A DNA stretch of 64,000 nucleotides from Naegleria gruberi. Taxonomy: Eukaryota. The DNA lies in NCBI GenBank assembly GCA_000004985.1, contig GG738900.1. One strand, given 5' to 3'. Below the pieces are notes generated by a model. It did no database searches and had not been told where the DNA came from. It saw nothing but the letters and a program-made list of their open reading frames with translations. Both the position numbers and the translations under genes were made by a program. This document shows positions 1-10,428 of the stretch, piece after piece (the stretch's first letter is position 1; the number at the start of each line of letters is the position of its first letter).

Positions 1-831
1 GTCAAATTGGAGAATGATATTTTGAAGCAAAAAGCATTACGTGACAAGAATGTTTCTATTGATGAATTTGCTATTAACACTGATATTGATTCCGAAAGAA
101 TTGCTTTGGAACAAGCTCGTCGTGCTTTTAGAGCTGTTAAGATTTCTCAAGAAAAATTATCACCTGTTGAAAGAAAGGTAGACCAATTAACAAAATCCTA
201 CACTTATTATTTACAACAAAAGAAGAGAGAACAATTAAATCAAGAGGAAAAGGATAGAAAAGAACAAATGTATAATGTATTTAAAAAACAAGCCGATACT
301 AATCCAGAAGCCTTTAACACTTTCGCTCAAACCATTTTGAAAAAGAAGAACATTCCTGTTGATTTTATTCTTGAAAGTTATGTTAGTGGTATTCCAGTCG
401 AAGAAATTGCTAGACAAATTTTGGCTAAGGAAAATTCACAATTAGCTAAACCAAGTTATGAGATTGACTCTTTTGCTGAAATCAGAAGAGTTGTTCAATC
501 ATACATTGATGCTAGACAAGAATACTGTCGTGACATTTTGGGTGTAAAGACAGGTAAGAGACATGCTACTGGTGTTACTTTATATGCTGATAGAGCTCTC
601 GCTAAGGGTGATTCTCTTGGTTTCTTACGTGCTAGATTACTTGCCATTCGTGACCAAGACAGAATTGAAAGAACAATAACAAATCTTCACTCTGGTAACA
701 CTCTCACTAAGTCTCAAAAGGCTAAACGAAGTGAAAGATCAGGAAGACGTAGATACGAAGGTCAAAAGCTTGATAATACTATGAAAGTTTTCATGTGGGT
801 AAAGAAGTACAGAAACAGAATTTTGAAATAA
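1..831 (+). CDS. 3' part of a protein-coding gene that runs off the left edge; product not recognised (basic C-terminal tail)
   Basis: Frame 1 is open from base 1 (VKLENDILKQ...) to TAA at 829-831. This is the same frame as track ORF 7..831. The tail is K/R-rich (...RSGRRRYEGQKL...KKYRNRILK). I cannot assign a family by eye. Confidence 0.55.
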   Translation, partial: VKLENDILKQKALRDKNVSIDEFAINTDIDSERIALEQARRAFRAVKISQEKLSPVERKVDQLTKSYTYYLQQKKREQLNQEEKDRKEQMYNVFKKQADTNPEAFNTFAQTILKKKNIPVDFILESYVSGIPVEEIARQILAKENSQLAKPSYEIDSFAEIRRVVQSYIDARQEYCRDILGVKTGKRHATGVTLYADRALAKGDSLGFLRARLLAIRDQDRIERTITNLHSGNTLTKSQKAKRSERSGRRRYEGQKLDNTMKVFMWVKKYRNRILK

Positions 832-845
832 ATTATATCAATAAA

Positions 846-914
846 NNNNNNNNNNNNNNNNNNNNNNNNNNNNNNNNNNNNNNNNNNNNNNNNNNNNNNN
901 NNNNNNNNNNNNNN
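846..914. other. assembly gap (69 N)
   Basis: Uninterrupted run of n characters. Confidence 0.99.
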
Positions 915-999
915 TGTGTTAAATAACAAAATAATACATTATAGAATTAATGTTAGTAAACTCAATAAAGATTTATAATAATTTATAGTAACATCATGA

Positions 1000-1461
1000 T
1001 TATTGAAGATAATTGGTGATCTTCATCTTCAAGAACATGATCAAAGTGTTATAAGCAATAATGATGAGGAAAATTCCCAATCCGAGGAAAATGTATCGGG
1101 AGCGAGTTGTTGTTGATGGATCAGCTGCCCAATTCAATGAAATAAATCCAAGTCCTCCTATTGTGAATAAGAAACCAGCACTGAATCCTTCAATCACGTA
1201 TTGAGCGTTTAATCTATATTCAAGAACTGCTACTGGTCTAACTCTTCCGTCAGCATCTCTTCTACTACCAATAGATGGAGGTTCATTGATCATATCGTAA
1301 ACAATACCGGAACAAATAACAAAGTATGAAGCAAGAAGAAGAACAAAGACGAGCATCTTTGGAAGACCCTTTTCAAAGATACTTGGTAATTTAAGTTTGA
1401 TATCAGGTGCTCTGAGAGCAGAAGTGTAGATGGCTTTAAAGATTGGGAAGAGTGGATCCAT
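1000..1461 (-). CDS. OSTC: oligosaccharyltransferase complex subunit OSTC/DC2
   Basis: Single 153-aa ORF with about 3 TM segments. The blocks YDMINEPPSIGS, RPVAVLEYRLNAQYVIEGFSAGFLFTIGGLGFI and the C-terminal KMKITNYLQ match the OSTC/DC2 pattern (human YDVIVEPPSVGS...RPVAFLAYRVNGQYIMEGL..FLFTMGGLGFI). Confidence 0.85.
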   Translation of the reverse strand: MDPLFPIFKAIYTSALRAPDIKLKLPSIFEKGLPKMLVFVLLLASYFVICSGIVYDMINEPPSIGSRRDADGRVRPVAVLEYRLNAQYVIEGFSAGFLFTIGGLGFISLNWAADPSTTTRSRYIFLGLGIFLIIIAYNTLIMFLKMKITNYLQ

Positions 1462-2065
1462 TTTTTAAAAATTTTATTCTTTTTTAATAAATATTAATTT
1501 ATTATTCAAGTGGTGATGATCTACAATCGCAAGTATGGTAATTAAAATTGTTTTTATTGAGAAGTAAATCATTATATAACAGCAGTATATCTGGATGATA
1601 TGATGCTTTAACACTTATACAACTTCACAAGGCTTGTTTTATTAAGCCATTATTAAAAAAGTTGTAAATATGTTATCATTGTTTTTCCAAAGAGTTCGCA
1701 AGGGATGAAGGTGTCCAAAAATTATTCATGGGTATTTTCCTATGTCTATTGAATAATTCAATGTTAATGTAATAATCCGATAGAAATAGTTCAATGATGA
1801 TTTCGAGAAATAATTGACGAATTCCGATAATTTATATCGATAACGTAGTGGAACATTAATGCATTAAAGCATGACAAAGATTAATTGATGAATATTTATT
1901 GTTTTTGGCTTTTTTTCATGTTATTCACCAGCTAAAATTTCTTATTGTAAAATCCAGGATAGACTAGTCATCCCAAAAATTTTAAAAATTTTGTTGAAAA
2001 AAAAGTCGAAAAAAGTAAGTTCTCTCACGCCTATCACAGGTCGCTAAACAACATCAACTAAAGAC

Positions 2066-2440
2066 ATGTCTTCTGCAATTGTTAAGAAGGAGCAAACCGC
2101 CCCAGAACAATCCACCAAGGAACCAATCCACAGAATCAGAATCACCTTGACCGCCAAGAACGTCAAGGCCCTCGAAAAGGTCTGTGCTGATTTCGTTAGA
2201 GAAGCCAAGAACAAGAAGGTCAAGAGAGTCAAGGGTCCAGTCAGAATGCCAACTAAGATTTTGAAGATCACCACCAGAAAGTCTCCTTGCGGTGAAGGTA
2301 CTAACACTTGGGACAAGTTCGAAATGAGCGTCCACAAGAGAGTTATTGATTTGCACGCTCCAGCTTCAACTGTTAAGGACATTACTTCCATCTCCATGGA
2401 ACCAAACGTTGAAATTGAAATTACCGTCTGTGACTTGTAA
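2066..2440 (+). CDS. RPS20: 40S ribosomal protein S20 (uS10)
   Basis: 124-aa [27 protein letters not shown]...[42 protein letters not shown] is the canonical eukaryotic uS10 sequence. Confidence 0.95.
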   Translation: MSSAIVKKEQTAPEQSTKEPIHRIRITLTAKNVKALEKVCADFVREAKNKKVKRVKGPVRMPTKILKITTRKSPCGEGTNTWDKFEMSVHKRVIDLHAPASTVKDITSISMEPNVEIEITVCDL

Positions 2441-2768
2441 ACGTCTACAAATAAAAAAATAAAATTATATAAAAATACAATTAAATTATTAATTTGTTAA
2501 TCCATCAAATCATTAGTATAATCATGGGTGTCAAAAAGATTGTATGATGGATCTGGTGTTGAAGATGTTTGTCTATTTTCTTGGTGTTCCACTCATTGCT
2601 AGCAAAACTTTCTCAAGAGAGGCTTGGCGCGTACAGATAAAAATAACAAAAAAAATAGCCTTCCTCTCCCGCCACATTCATCTTGCCTCTTCTTCATCTC
2701 CTAATAGTGATCGAAATTAATACAAATAATTATTTGGACAAATTTAATACATTGATGGAGAAGTTATA

Positions 2769-5342
2769 ATGGCAAATCAAGTATATGAGGATAACGAAGA
2801 ACATGAGGATAATACATCATACGATGATGAATATTCACCGATCGAGGATATTTCGGAGGGTGCTCTAGACTATAAAGATCCAATGAGAAGAGTTAAAATT
2901 TATCATTTGAGTGATCTTGGAGAGTGGATTGACAAGGGAACAGGACATATTCACTGTGAAACTCAGGTATGTTTGAAAAACATGAATTTCCAACAACAAC
3001 AAAACAAAAAGGATAACGAAACTAACCTTGTATTAGTCTCAGAGTCTTCCGATGAACGTTTATTATCAACACCAATCTCAACAGATGATATATATGCTTT
3101 ACAAAATGGTTAGTATTACCTTGTTTTTTTACAATAATTTTTGTTAATAATTTCTGTAGCAACTTTAATCGTTTGGAATGACCCAGTTCAAAAAATTGAA
3201 ATGGCTCTTAGTTTCCAACATTCTGATGGATGCATTATGATATGGTAAGTCTTTTAACATCTTGTTATTGTTAAACAATTATTTAAAGGAATGAAATCAG
3301 GAAAGTTCAAGGAAAACCTCCTGATGGAAAGGAGGTTGTTGCAAGAAACAATCAAGAAGAGGAAAGTGTAGATGATGAAATTGTTGGTATGGGACTAAAT
3401 GGAAGTTCTCTAAGTATTGGATCAACAGGTAGTAGTTTAGGAAAAATTGAGTTACCTGAACCTAGTATTAGTAATCTAACAGCTATACTATCTATAATTA
3501 CCGATCATAGATTCAGATTACCAAGTTATATCAAGTCTGATTACATTTTAAAATTGTTCCAGGTTTTTGATGATTGTGAGGATTTGGATAGTGTTGAAAA
3601 TTGTCGGATTTTATTCAAAATATTCTCTGGAATTATAGCAATTGATGATCTTGAAATATTGGAGATACTATTTTCTAAAAACAACATCATGAAGTTAATT
3701 GGTGTTTTGGAATATGATCCAGATTTACCAACAAAAAAAGCCAATCATAGAAACTTTTTAAATAATCGTGTAATTTTCAAAGAAGTTATTCCATTCAATA
3801 ATCATAATGTTTTGGATAAGATTCATCAAACATTTAAAATACAGTATATAAAGGAGACGATTTTGGCATCAATTATTGATGACCAAACATTTAGCACATT
3901 AAGCACAATAATATTCAAGAACAACACAATGATAATCAATTCCATCAAGGAAGATCAGGAATTCTTGAAGAAGGTATTTTCAACCCTATTAGCAGATGAT
4001 ACTCCAAAAGATAAACAAAGGGACCTTTCCAAGTTTCTTTCTGAATTCTTTGCATTGCTAAAACATCAAAATATTAACAATAAGATAGATACCTACAAGT
4101 AAGTTGACAGTTTTTAACTTGTTTTATTTAATAATATTTCAGGAGATTAACTCTAGATCATCAATTATTGGATGTTGCAGAGAAACATTTACAAAATGAA
4201 AATGTTTCAATCAGACATATTTAGTAAGTACTTTATAATATTTAATTCTAATGCATTATTATTCTAGTTCCGAAATACTTTTATCTATAGCACAGACGAT
4301 TCATCTCTCTTTCCTAGGAGAAATCAAACAAAGACATTTAAGAAATGATTTCAACTTGCTAAAGGTAATAATCAAAACTATTGTCAGCGAACCAGAGCTG
4401 GGCATTCAAGACAATTTGACAGAAGTCATAAAGTTATTATTGGATCCAGAGACCCTCCTTACCAACTCTGACGTATTCATTGACCAATTTTATAAGCATC
4501 ATGTTGAATTGCTTGCATCTCCAATTTTAAATCCACAGACTACAATTAATCATTTCACAAAACCTTCCATCAAAGTCAGTTGCATTAATCATGCATTGGA
4601 CTTACTTTCCTTTACAGTAATTCATCACAAACACAGAAGTAAGAACTTTTTAATAGCGAATGACATTATATCTAAGGCCGTTCATTTATTGGATGTTTAT
4701 AGGGAGAAGGATTTGATACTTGGCGTAATTAGATTCTTCAAGTCTATTATTTCGAGGGGTGACTTGCTACTTTGTACAAATATTTTGACCAACAACCTTT
4801 TTGATCCAATCATGGAAGTTTGGAGAAGAAATGGCTCAGTTTACAATCTCATTAATTCTGCAATTATAGATTTATTTGAAGCATTAAGAAATACCACAAC
4901 TGGTAGACTTAAGCAACATTGTGTCGAACGATTCAGACAAGATTTTGAAGCTGTTAATTATGTTGAAACATTTGCTCAACTTATTGAGGAATGTGATCAA
5001 CAAGAAAATTCTGAAAACAATAATAATGTATCTCAACAAGAAAGTGATGATGCCTACTTTAATGACAATGAAGAAATGCACAAGTCTATGATTGCACAAG
5101 ATTCACCAGAGCGAGCTTCTGTTGAAGAAGAGGATGATTTTTTCTTTACTCTTTCGAAACATAAGGGTAGCAATCAAGATGATGACGATGATGAATCTGA
5201 TATTTACTCTAATAGAGAGAAGAATGATATGGAGACCTCATCACCTCATTCTCCACACAAATTGCAAATTAGTTTGAAAACCAATACCACTTCACCAACC
5301 AAAGGAGAGGTGGAACCAAACCCTAAGAAGGTTAAATTTTAG
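2769..5342 (+). CDS. PPP4R3: serine/threonine-protein phosphatase 4 regulatory subunit 3 (SMEK/PP4R3), 5 exons
   Basis: Exons are 2769-3108, 3160-3244, 3289-4098, 4143-4223 and 4268-5342. Introns are 44-51 nt (GTTAGT/GTAAGT..AG). The N-terminus RRVKIYHLSDLGEWIDKGTGHIHCE is the RanBD/EVH1-like start of PP4R3. The conserved TLIVWNDP...MALSFQHSDGCIMIW block is restored only after splicing. An armadillo-like body and an acidic tail follow. Confidence 0.85.
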
Positions 5343-5465
5343 TAATTTATAATAATAAAGAATTTAATTGAAACTCTCTAGGTATCCCAACAACATCCAA
5401 ACAAAACACAAACAGATATATACCACTAACAGTCCATTAAGGATAAATATTCATAATGAATGTAT

Positions 5466-5537
5466 TCCCGTGTAGTCCAATGGCTAGGATACCTGGCTTT
5501 CACCCAGGAGGTCCGGGTTCAATTCCCGGCATGGGAG
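5466..5537 (+). tRNA. tRNA-Glu(UUC): tRNA-Glu (anticodon UUC), copy A
   Basis: Cloverleaf: acceptor TCCCGTG/CATGGGA (one G-U), D arm GTCC-AATGGCTA-GGAT, anticodon arm CCTGG-CTTTCAC-CCAGG, T arm CCGGG-TTCAATT-CCCGG, discriminator G. A T5 run lies 6 nt downstream. Confidence 0.93.
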
Positions 5538-5580
5538 AATACTTTTTAATGTTGATAAAACCAATTTTATTTGGTATTGA

Positions 5581-6621
5581 TTAAGGAATTTGGAGAATAA
5601 TTTTTCCAACAGTTCTATTGGATTCACTCATTTTTTGAGCTTGTGAGGCTTGATCCAAACTTAGAATATGAATTGGAATGTCTTTCCATAAACCACTTTC
5701 ACTCAACCACTTTAAGATAACTGCCAATTGATCACCATCCCTTTCAGCATACAAATTTTTGGCTCTTTCACTTCCAAAAACCTTTCCAGAAATTCCTTGA
5801 GGTGTGTGAACAATTGTAACAAATTGTGATTCTTCATCTTGTTTGAGCAATTCAATGGAATAGTATTCTTGATAGGATCCAACAAAATCCAACACTATAT
5901 CAAAGGTACCTTTCAAAGATTCCAATTCATGAGTGAGATATTCCTTTCCCTTAGTGTAATCTAACACTTGATCAGCTCCCAACTTTCTAACAAAGTCTGC
6001 ATTCTTTGCTGATGAAATGGTAACAATCTTTTCAGCATTGAAATAATTCTTGGCAAGTAAAATACCTGACATTCCAACACCACCACTTCCACCAATGATT
6101 AGAACTTGTTTTCCTCTCAAGGAGTCTTTTTGTCCACTCTTACTTGATGGATGTCTGAGGAAACATTGAAAAGCAGTCAAGAAAGTTACTGGACACGAGG
6201 CAGCAACTTGATGACTAATTGATTCTGGATTAAGAGCTGCTTGAGATTCAGAGCAGACAACATATTGACTGTATGTTCCTCTGATGTGTGTCATGTTACA
6301 ACCACAAACTGAATCACCAATCTTGAATTTGGTTACTTTGGAACCAGTGGCAACTACAATTCCACTAACTATTCGAAGGTAAGAATGAAAAATATTAAAC
6401 TTACAATCAACTCCAAGAATCGTTGGATATGAATTAATATAAAACCCATATTGTCTTACTTTACAATCTAATGGATTAACTCCAGCATATTGATTTCTAA
6501 CAAGAATGTCATCTTCATTCAATTGTGGTAAATCAAATTTATGGTCAATTACAATGTCATCAGCACTGACATTGGCAGATTTAATAATTGCAGCAGTTTG
6601 AAAGGTTGGAAGACTTGACAT
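5581..6621 (-). CDS. zinc-type alcohol dehydrogenase-like / quinone oxidoreductase (MDR superfamily), 2 exons
   Basis: Exons are 6405-6621 and 5581-6368. A 36-nt in-frame, stop-free intron (minus strand GTAAGT...ATAG, 6369-6404) is read through by the track ORF. Removing it gives ILGVDFSGIVVATGSKV, the typical MDR G.D.(S/A)G.V...G block. The Rossmann motif is VLIIGGSGGVGMSGILLAK. Confidence 0.8.
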   Translation of the reverse strand: MSSLPTFQTAAIIKSANVSADDIVIDHKFDLPQLNEDDILVRNQYAGVNPLDCKVRQYGFYINSYPTILGVDCKFNIFHSYLRIVSGIVVATGSKVTKFKIGDSVCGCNMTHIRGTYSQYVVCSESQAALNPESISHQVAASCPVTFLTAFQCFLRHPSSKSGQKDSLRGKQVLIIGGSGGVGMSGILLAKNYFNAEKIVTISSAKNADFVRKLGADQVLDYTKGKEYLTHELESLKGTFDIVLDFVGSYQEYYSIELLKQDEESQFVTIVHTPQGISGKVFGSERAKNLYAERDGDQLAVILKWLSESGLWKDIPIHILSLDQASQAQKMSESNRTVGKIILQIP

Positions 6622-7009
6622 TTTAGAGATGTGTATTCTTTTTTTATGATTTGAATTTTGAATTGCTTATCCAGTTAAAAAAGTTGACTTGTTTTTATAG
6701 TGTTTTGAAAAGTGTGCGCAGCAGAAATAATGTATTCTATCGCGGTAATTAAGCAACCAATCAGAAATGGAGCGCTGATTTTGGGATATTTTGACTTTCG
6801 CAAGGTTAATTTTTGATTTTCTTGTCAAGGTTCACCATCACCAGCAAATAGCTGTATTAGTAGCTGTAGTTCTTTTACTTGCTTTTGTAAAGTTCATACT
6901 TTACAAAAAAAATGCTCAAACGGAATGAAGGAGGCCGAGTTGTGATTTTCTTGGATTTTTCTTTGGAATCAAATTTGCTTTTGCAAAAATTCAAAGACAA
7001 ACTACATCA

Positions 7010-8698
7010 TTGAAGGAATATTGTAAGAAACGTGATGAAATATTAAACAAAAGACCAGAATTTATTCCATTGGAGTTTTATCGGGATTGTCAAGTGTTGG
7101 TTAAATATCCACATTTATTGGAGAATTTGCTGATTACAACGGATAGGGAATTTATTTTGTATTTTGTTAGATCGAGGGATGATCACATTCATTCAGTTTG
7201 TAGAGCTATTTCAGATACTTTGAAATGTGATGAATTATTTATTAGACAAGCCATTCAAGCTAATTATCAAATGTTTAAAGTTCTTCTTGAAAAACGTAAT
7301 CAAGACTACAACAGAAAAAGAACAAGCAAGATACGTAGAGGTCGATTCAAAGACGAGGGAAGTGATGACTCTGGAGATGAGGATAATATATCAATTGACT
7401 GGGAGTATTTCATTAATTTGAATCCAAAAGTTCTAAGATTTGTCAAAAATAGATGGAAAGAGTTGGATAGAGAAGTAGTTTTACAAGCTTTGCGAAAAGA
7501 TATTATAGCAATTTATTCATTGCAAGCTCTTGACAGAGAAATGGCATTGTTGGTAGTTGAAACCAATCCATTGGCTTTGAAATATGAACATGGAGTTTGG
7601 CAGAATGATAAAGAAATTGTACTGAAAGCAATATCACAAAATAAGAACCTACTTGTGTATGCATGTGATTCGATCATTGAAGAAGTGTTAAGAAACAGAG
7701 AACTCATTGAATATTCTCAGGAGGATGTCATTAATTTAGTATTGAATGGTGTGAAGGAAAAGCCATCTTTATTCAATTACCTTCCCGAACATATGAAAAC
7801 AAATCATGAATTTGTTATCAAATTGGTAGAATTGGACACAAGAATATCCGAGTTCATTCCAGAATCTTTAAAACAAAACAGAGAATTTCTAATGGAACTG
7901 GTCAAATATGATAGAAATGCATTTTACAATTGTAAAGATATGGATCTGAGGGGGAGTAGACAATTTTTATTGAACGCCCTATCCACTTACAGGTTCTCAC
8001 TCTCCAGTGCTCCATCTCATCTCAAAGATGATAAGGAATTTGTAATGGAATGTTTAACTGCATATCCTGCAGACTTGGATGAAGCTTCATCTCGTTTGAG
8101 AGATGATGAACAAGTGGTAGAATTGGTTTTAAAAGAATTTAATAACGCATCAAATAGATTGAAAGATGATAAGGACTTTGTAATGAAACACATTGAAGAA
8201 TTTCCTCAAATGTATCAGTCATTGAGTCAGAGATTGAAAAGCGATAAGGAAATAATTCTAAAATGTGCATCTGGAGGTGGAGTTATTTCAAATGGTTATT
8301 TCTTTCACGACGATGACTTTGTATTAGAATTGGTGGAAAGAAATGCTCATATTGTTGAAACACTGGGAAAGATAACGCCAGAGTTTGCTAAGAAATGTAT
8401 TGAGCGAAATGGCTTTTGCTACCATTTATTGAAACAACACTCTATGGTAACAGAATCTGACGAATTGGATCAATTAGCAGCTCTTTCTCGTGGATATTTA
8501 GCTGATAAACATACTGAGGATATTAGACCAACATATGGATTTCACAAAATCAAAACTCGCACAAGCTATGAGGATAGAGAAATTGTGGATTCATGGATTA
8601 AGAAGAGATTGGAGAAGCAATATGATGGGTTATATATTTCACTCAGCTCGCCAATATTTGTAAAGGGAAAGTTTGTGAATACCCACATTAAGGGATGA
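7010..8698 (+). CDS. DUF4116 repeat protein (start uncertain)
   Basis: There are repeated units of about 30-40 aa, such as W.NDKEIVLKAISQN, LKQNREFLMELVKYD, LKDDKEFVMECL, LRDDEQVVELVLK, LKDDKDFVMKHI and LKSDKEIILKC. Base 7010 is a TTG, not an ATG. See the finding on the upstream ATG ORF at 6912-7013. Confidence 0.7.
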   Translation: MKEYCKKRDEILNKRPEFIPLEFYRDCQVLVKYPHLLENLLITTDREFILYFVRSRDDHIHSVCRAISDTLKCDELFIRQAIQANYQMFKVLLEKRNQDYNRKRTSKIRRGRFKDEGSDDSGDEDNISIDWEYFINLNPKVLRFVKNRWKELDREVVLQALRKDIIAIYSLQALDREMALLVVETNPLALKYEHGVWQNDKEIVLKAISQNKNLLVYACDSIIEEVLRNRELIEYSQEDVINLVLNGVKEKPSLFNYLPEHMKTNHEFVIKLVELDTRISEFIPESLKQNREFLMELVKYDRNAFYNCKDMDLRGSRQFLLNALSTYRFSLSSAPSHLKDDKEFVMECLTAYPADLDEASSRLRDDEQVVELVLKEFNNASNRLKDDKDFVMKHIEEFPQMYQSLSQRLKSDKEIILKCASGGGVISNGYFFHDDDFVLELVERNAHIVETLGKITPEFAKKCIERNGFCYHLLKQHSMVTESDELDQLAALSRGYLADKHTEDIRPTYGFHKIKTRTSYEDREIVDSWIKKRLEKQYDGLYISLSSPIFVKGKFVNTHIKG

Positions 8699-8933
8699 TT
8701 ACCCATTATGTGAAACCTTACTAATTTGAATTTGTCTTTATTTTGGATAAAGTATTGAAACTAGGAAGCTCAGCAAACTTCAACACTCTTCTTTTTATAA
8801 TTTTTAAAATGTATGCAATAATGTAGCAAGTACATGATATTTATGAAATTATAATTCCAATTTTCATTATTATTAGTAATTATTCCCATTTCTTTATTTG
8901 TCCATTAAGGATAAATTTTCAAAATAAATGTAT

Positions 8934-9005
8934 TCCCGTGTAGTCCAATGGCTAGGATACCTGGCTTTCACCCAGGAGGTCCGGGTTCAATTCCCGGCAT
9001 GGGAG
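8934..9005 (+). tRNA. tRNA-Glu(UUC): tRNA-Glu (anticodon UUC), copy B
   Basis: The 72 nt are identical to copy A as far as I can align by eye, and a T6 run lies downstream. Track ORF 8948-9157 (MARIPGFHPGGPGSIPGMGEY) is just this tRNA translated. Confidence 0.93.
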
Positions 9006-9091
9006 AATACTTTTTTAATTATGGACTTTTAATATTGTTAAAAATTAATTTTATGTTACCACATGAGGTATTGAATAATTTAGAATTTGCA

Positions 9092-9301
9092 TTAAGGAAT
9101 GTGGAGAATGATCTTTCCAACAGTTCTATTGGATTCACTCATTTTTTGAGCTTGTGAGGCTTGATCCAAACTTAGAATGTGAATTGGGATGTCTTTCCAT
9201 AAACCACTTTCACTCAACCACTTTAAGATAATTGCCAATTGATCACCATCCCTTTCAGCATACAAATTTTTGGCTCTTTCACTTCCAAACAATTTCAACA
9301 A
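9092..9301 (-). pseudogene. orphan 3' fragment (last ~66 codons) of the quinone oxidoreductase gene
   Basis: KLFGSERAKNLYAERDGDQLAIILKWLSESGLWKDIPIHILSLDQASQAQKMSESNRTVGKIILHIP differs at only about 3 residues from the C-terminus of the 5581-6621 gene. Homology stops abruptly near 9290, and no upstream exons or ATG are present. Confidence 0.8.
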
Positions 9302-9365
9302 AAATCTATGAGCCTTTTCTTGTCACATTAATAAAAATCTGCCATGTTGTTCAATTAACCACAAT

Positions 9366-10103
9366 TTAATAACACTCATCGTCAGGATAATCCACAATTC
9401 CATACATGAGAATATTGGAATAATCACAATTTATAACAACAGAATCCATTACTTCCTTTTCCATTTGCTTTTTCGTTTCCTCTGCTTGTTTACGATACAA
9501 TTTAGCTTTTTCTTTACCCACCTCAAAGGTTGCTACGCACATTGATTCATAATCCATGTCAGATACATGGTTACGCTCAACAAGCTTTGAGTATAGATGC
9601 TTATCAGTCCTATAGATGTATTCCACAATTTTGCTTCTACATGGTTTTGCATGTTTCGAAATATCTGTGTGGGTATCGGTTGAGATCAGATTCATGTCGT
9701 TAGATATTGGGCCAACAATTGAAAGAACTACAAACGAGGATAAATCATTGTAAAAAGCCATGTCCATAGTAAGAATCACATTCTTGTTTGTTTTCAATTC
9801 ATAGGTTGTTCTTGTAACGCTAAAACAAAATGAATACCCTTTCGAATGGATAAGAAATTCTAAATTTTTGCACATGTTGGACTTTTGGCACTCTTTCCTC
9901 TTGTAATTCAAGGTTTGGTTACACTTTGTGGTATGTTTGAGCGAAATTTGAGGCTCCTTAGAATAGGTTGTTTTTTCCTTCAGCCAGTAATTTTGTTCCA
10001 TTAAAACATATTCTGATAAATCATAAAAAGTTTCATTGTAGGATGTTTTTGATTTGAATGTAAACAGAGGAAGAAGACTTTTTTCTAACTGCTCCTTGCC
10101 CAT
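9366..10103 (-). CDS. hypothetical protein (~245 aa from first ATG)
   Basis: The long ORF is 9366-10187. The codon at 10187 is TTG, and the first ATG (MGKEQLEKS...) is at 10103. I do not recognise a family. Confidence 0.5.
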   Translation of the reverse strand: MGKEQLEKSLLPLFTFKSKTSYNETFYDLSEYVLMEQNYWLKEKTTYSKEPQISLKHTTKCNQTLNYKRKECQKSNMCKNLEFLIHSKGYSFCFSVTRTTYELKTNKNVILTMDMAFYNDLSSFVVLSIVGPISNDMNLISTDTHTDISKHAKPCRSKIVEYIYRTDKHLYSKLVERNHVSDMDYESMCVATFEVGKEKAKLYRKQAEETKKQMEKEVMDSVVINCDYSNILMYGIVDYPDDECY

Positions 10104-10220
10104 AATAAAGTTGAATTTTGTAATGATTGCACTGTCGTGGGCAACATGATCTAATAAACAATCTTGATATACGAATCTTGTGTTCAATGTATGATTGTTT
10201 AAAAGTTATTAAGGTAAAAA

Positions 10221-10338
10221 GACTACAGCACCACAGGTTCCCAAGTTGTCTCCAACCTCAGTACTGATGTGGCTCGACGATGCTTACCTTCTCAAATCGG
10301 ACGGGATGAGATGCATTCATCGTGATATGGCCGTAGCC
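10221..10338 (-). rRNA. 5S: 5S ribosomal RNA, copy 1
   Basis: The reverse complement reads GGCTACGGCCATATCACGATGAATGCATCTCATCCCGTCCGATTTGAGAAGGTAAGCATCGTCGAGCCACATCAGTACTGAGGTTGGAGACAACTTGGGAACCTGTGGTGCTGTAGTC followed by TTTTT. It has 5S hallmark blocks (GGCCATA, CCCGTCCGAT, AGTACT, GGGAA) and a helix I pairing of GGCTACGG with CTGTAGTC. The ends are uncertain by a few nt (8 nt upstream are also shared with copy 2). Confidence 0.9.
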
Positions 10339-10428
10339 ATTCATTTATTTAAGTTCTGAGTCATAAATCTTTAAGCAACAGTTAGGATTGTAAGGAATAT
10401 ATTTTAATCAAGATTTTGGTTTGTTCTT

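Noticed and set aside
8948-9157. Track ORF MARIPGFHPGGPGSIPGMGEY...
   Set aside because: It is a translation of the tRNA-Glu copy B sequence and its downstream spacer.
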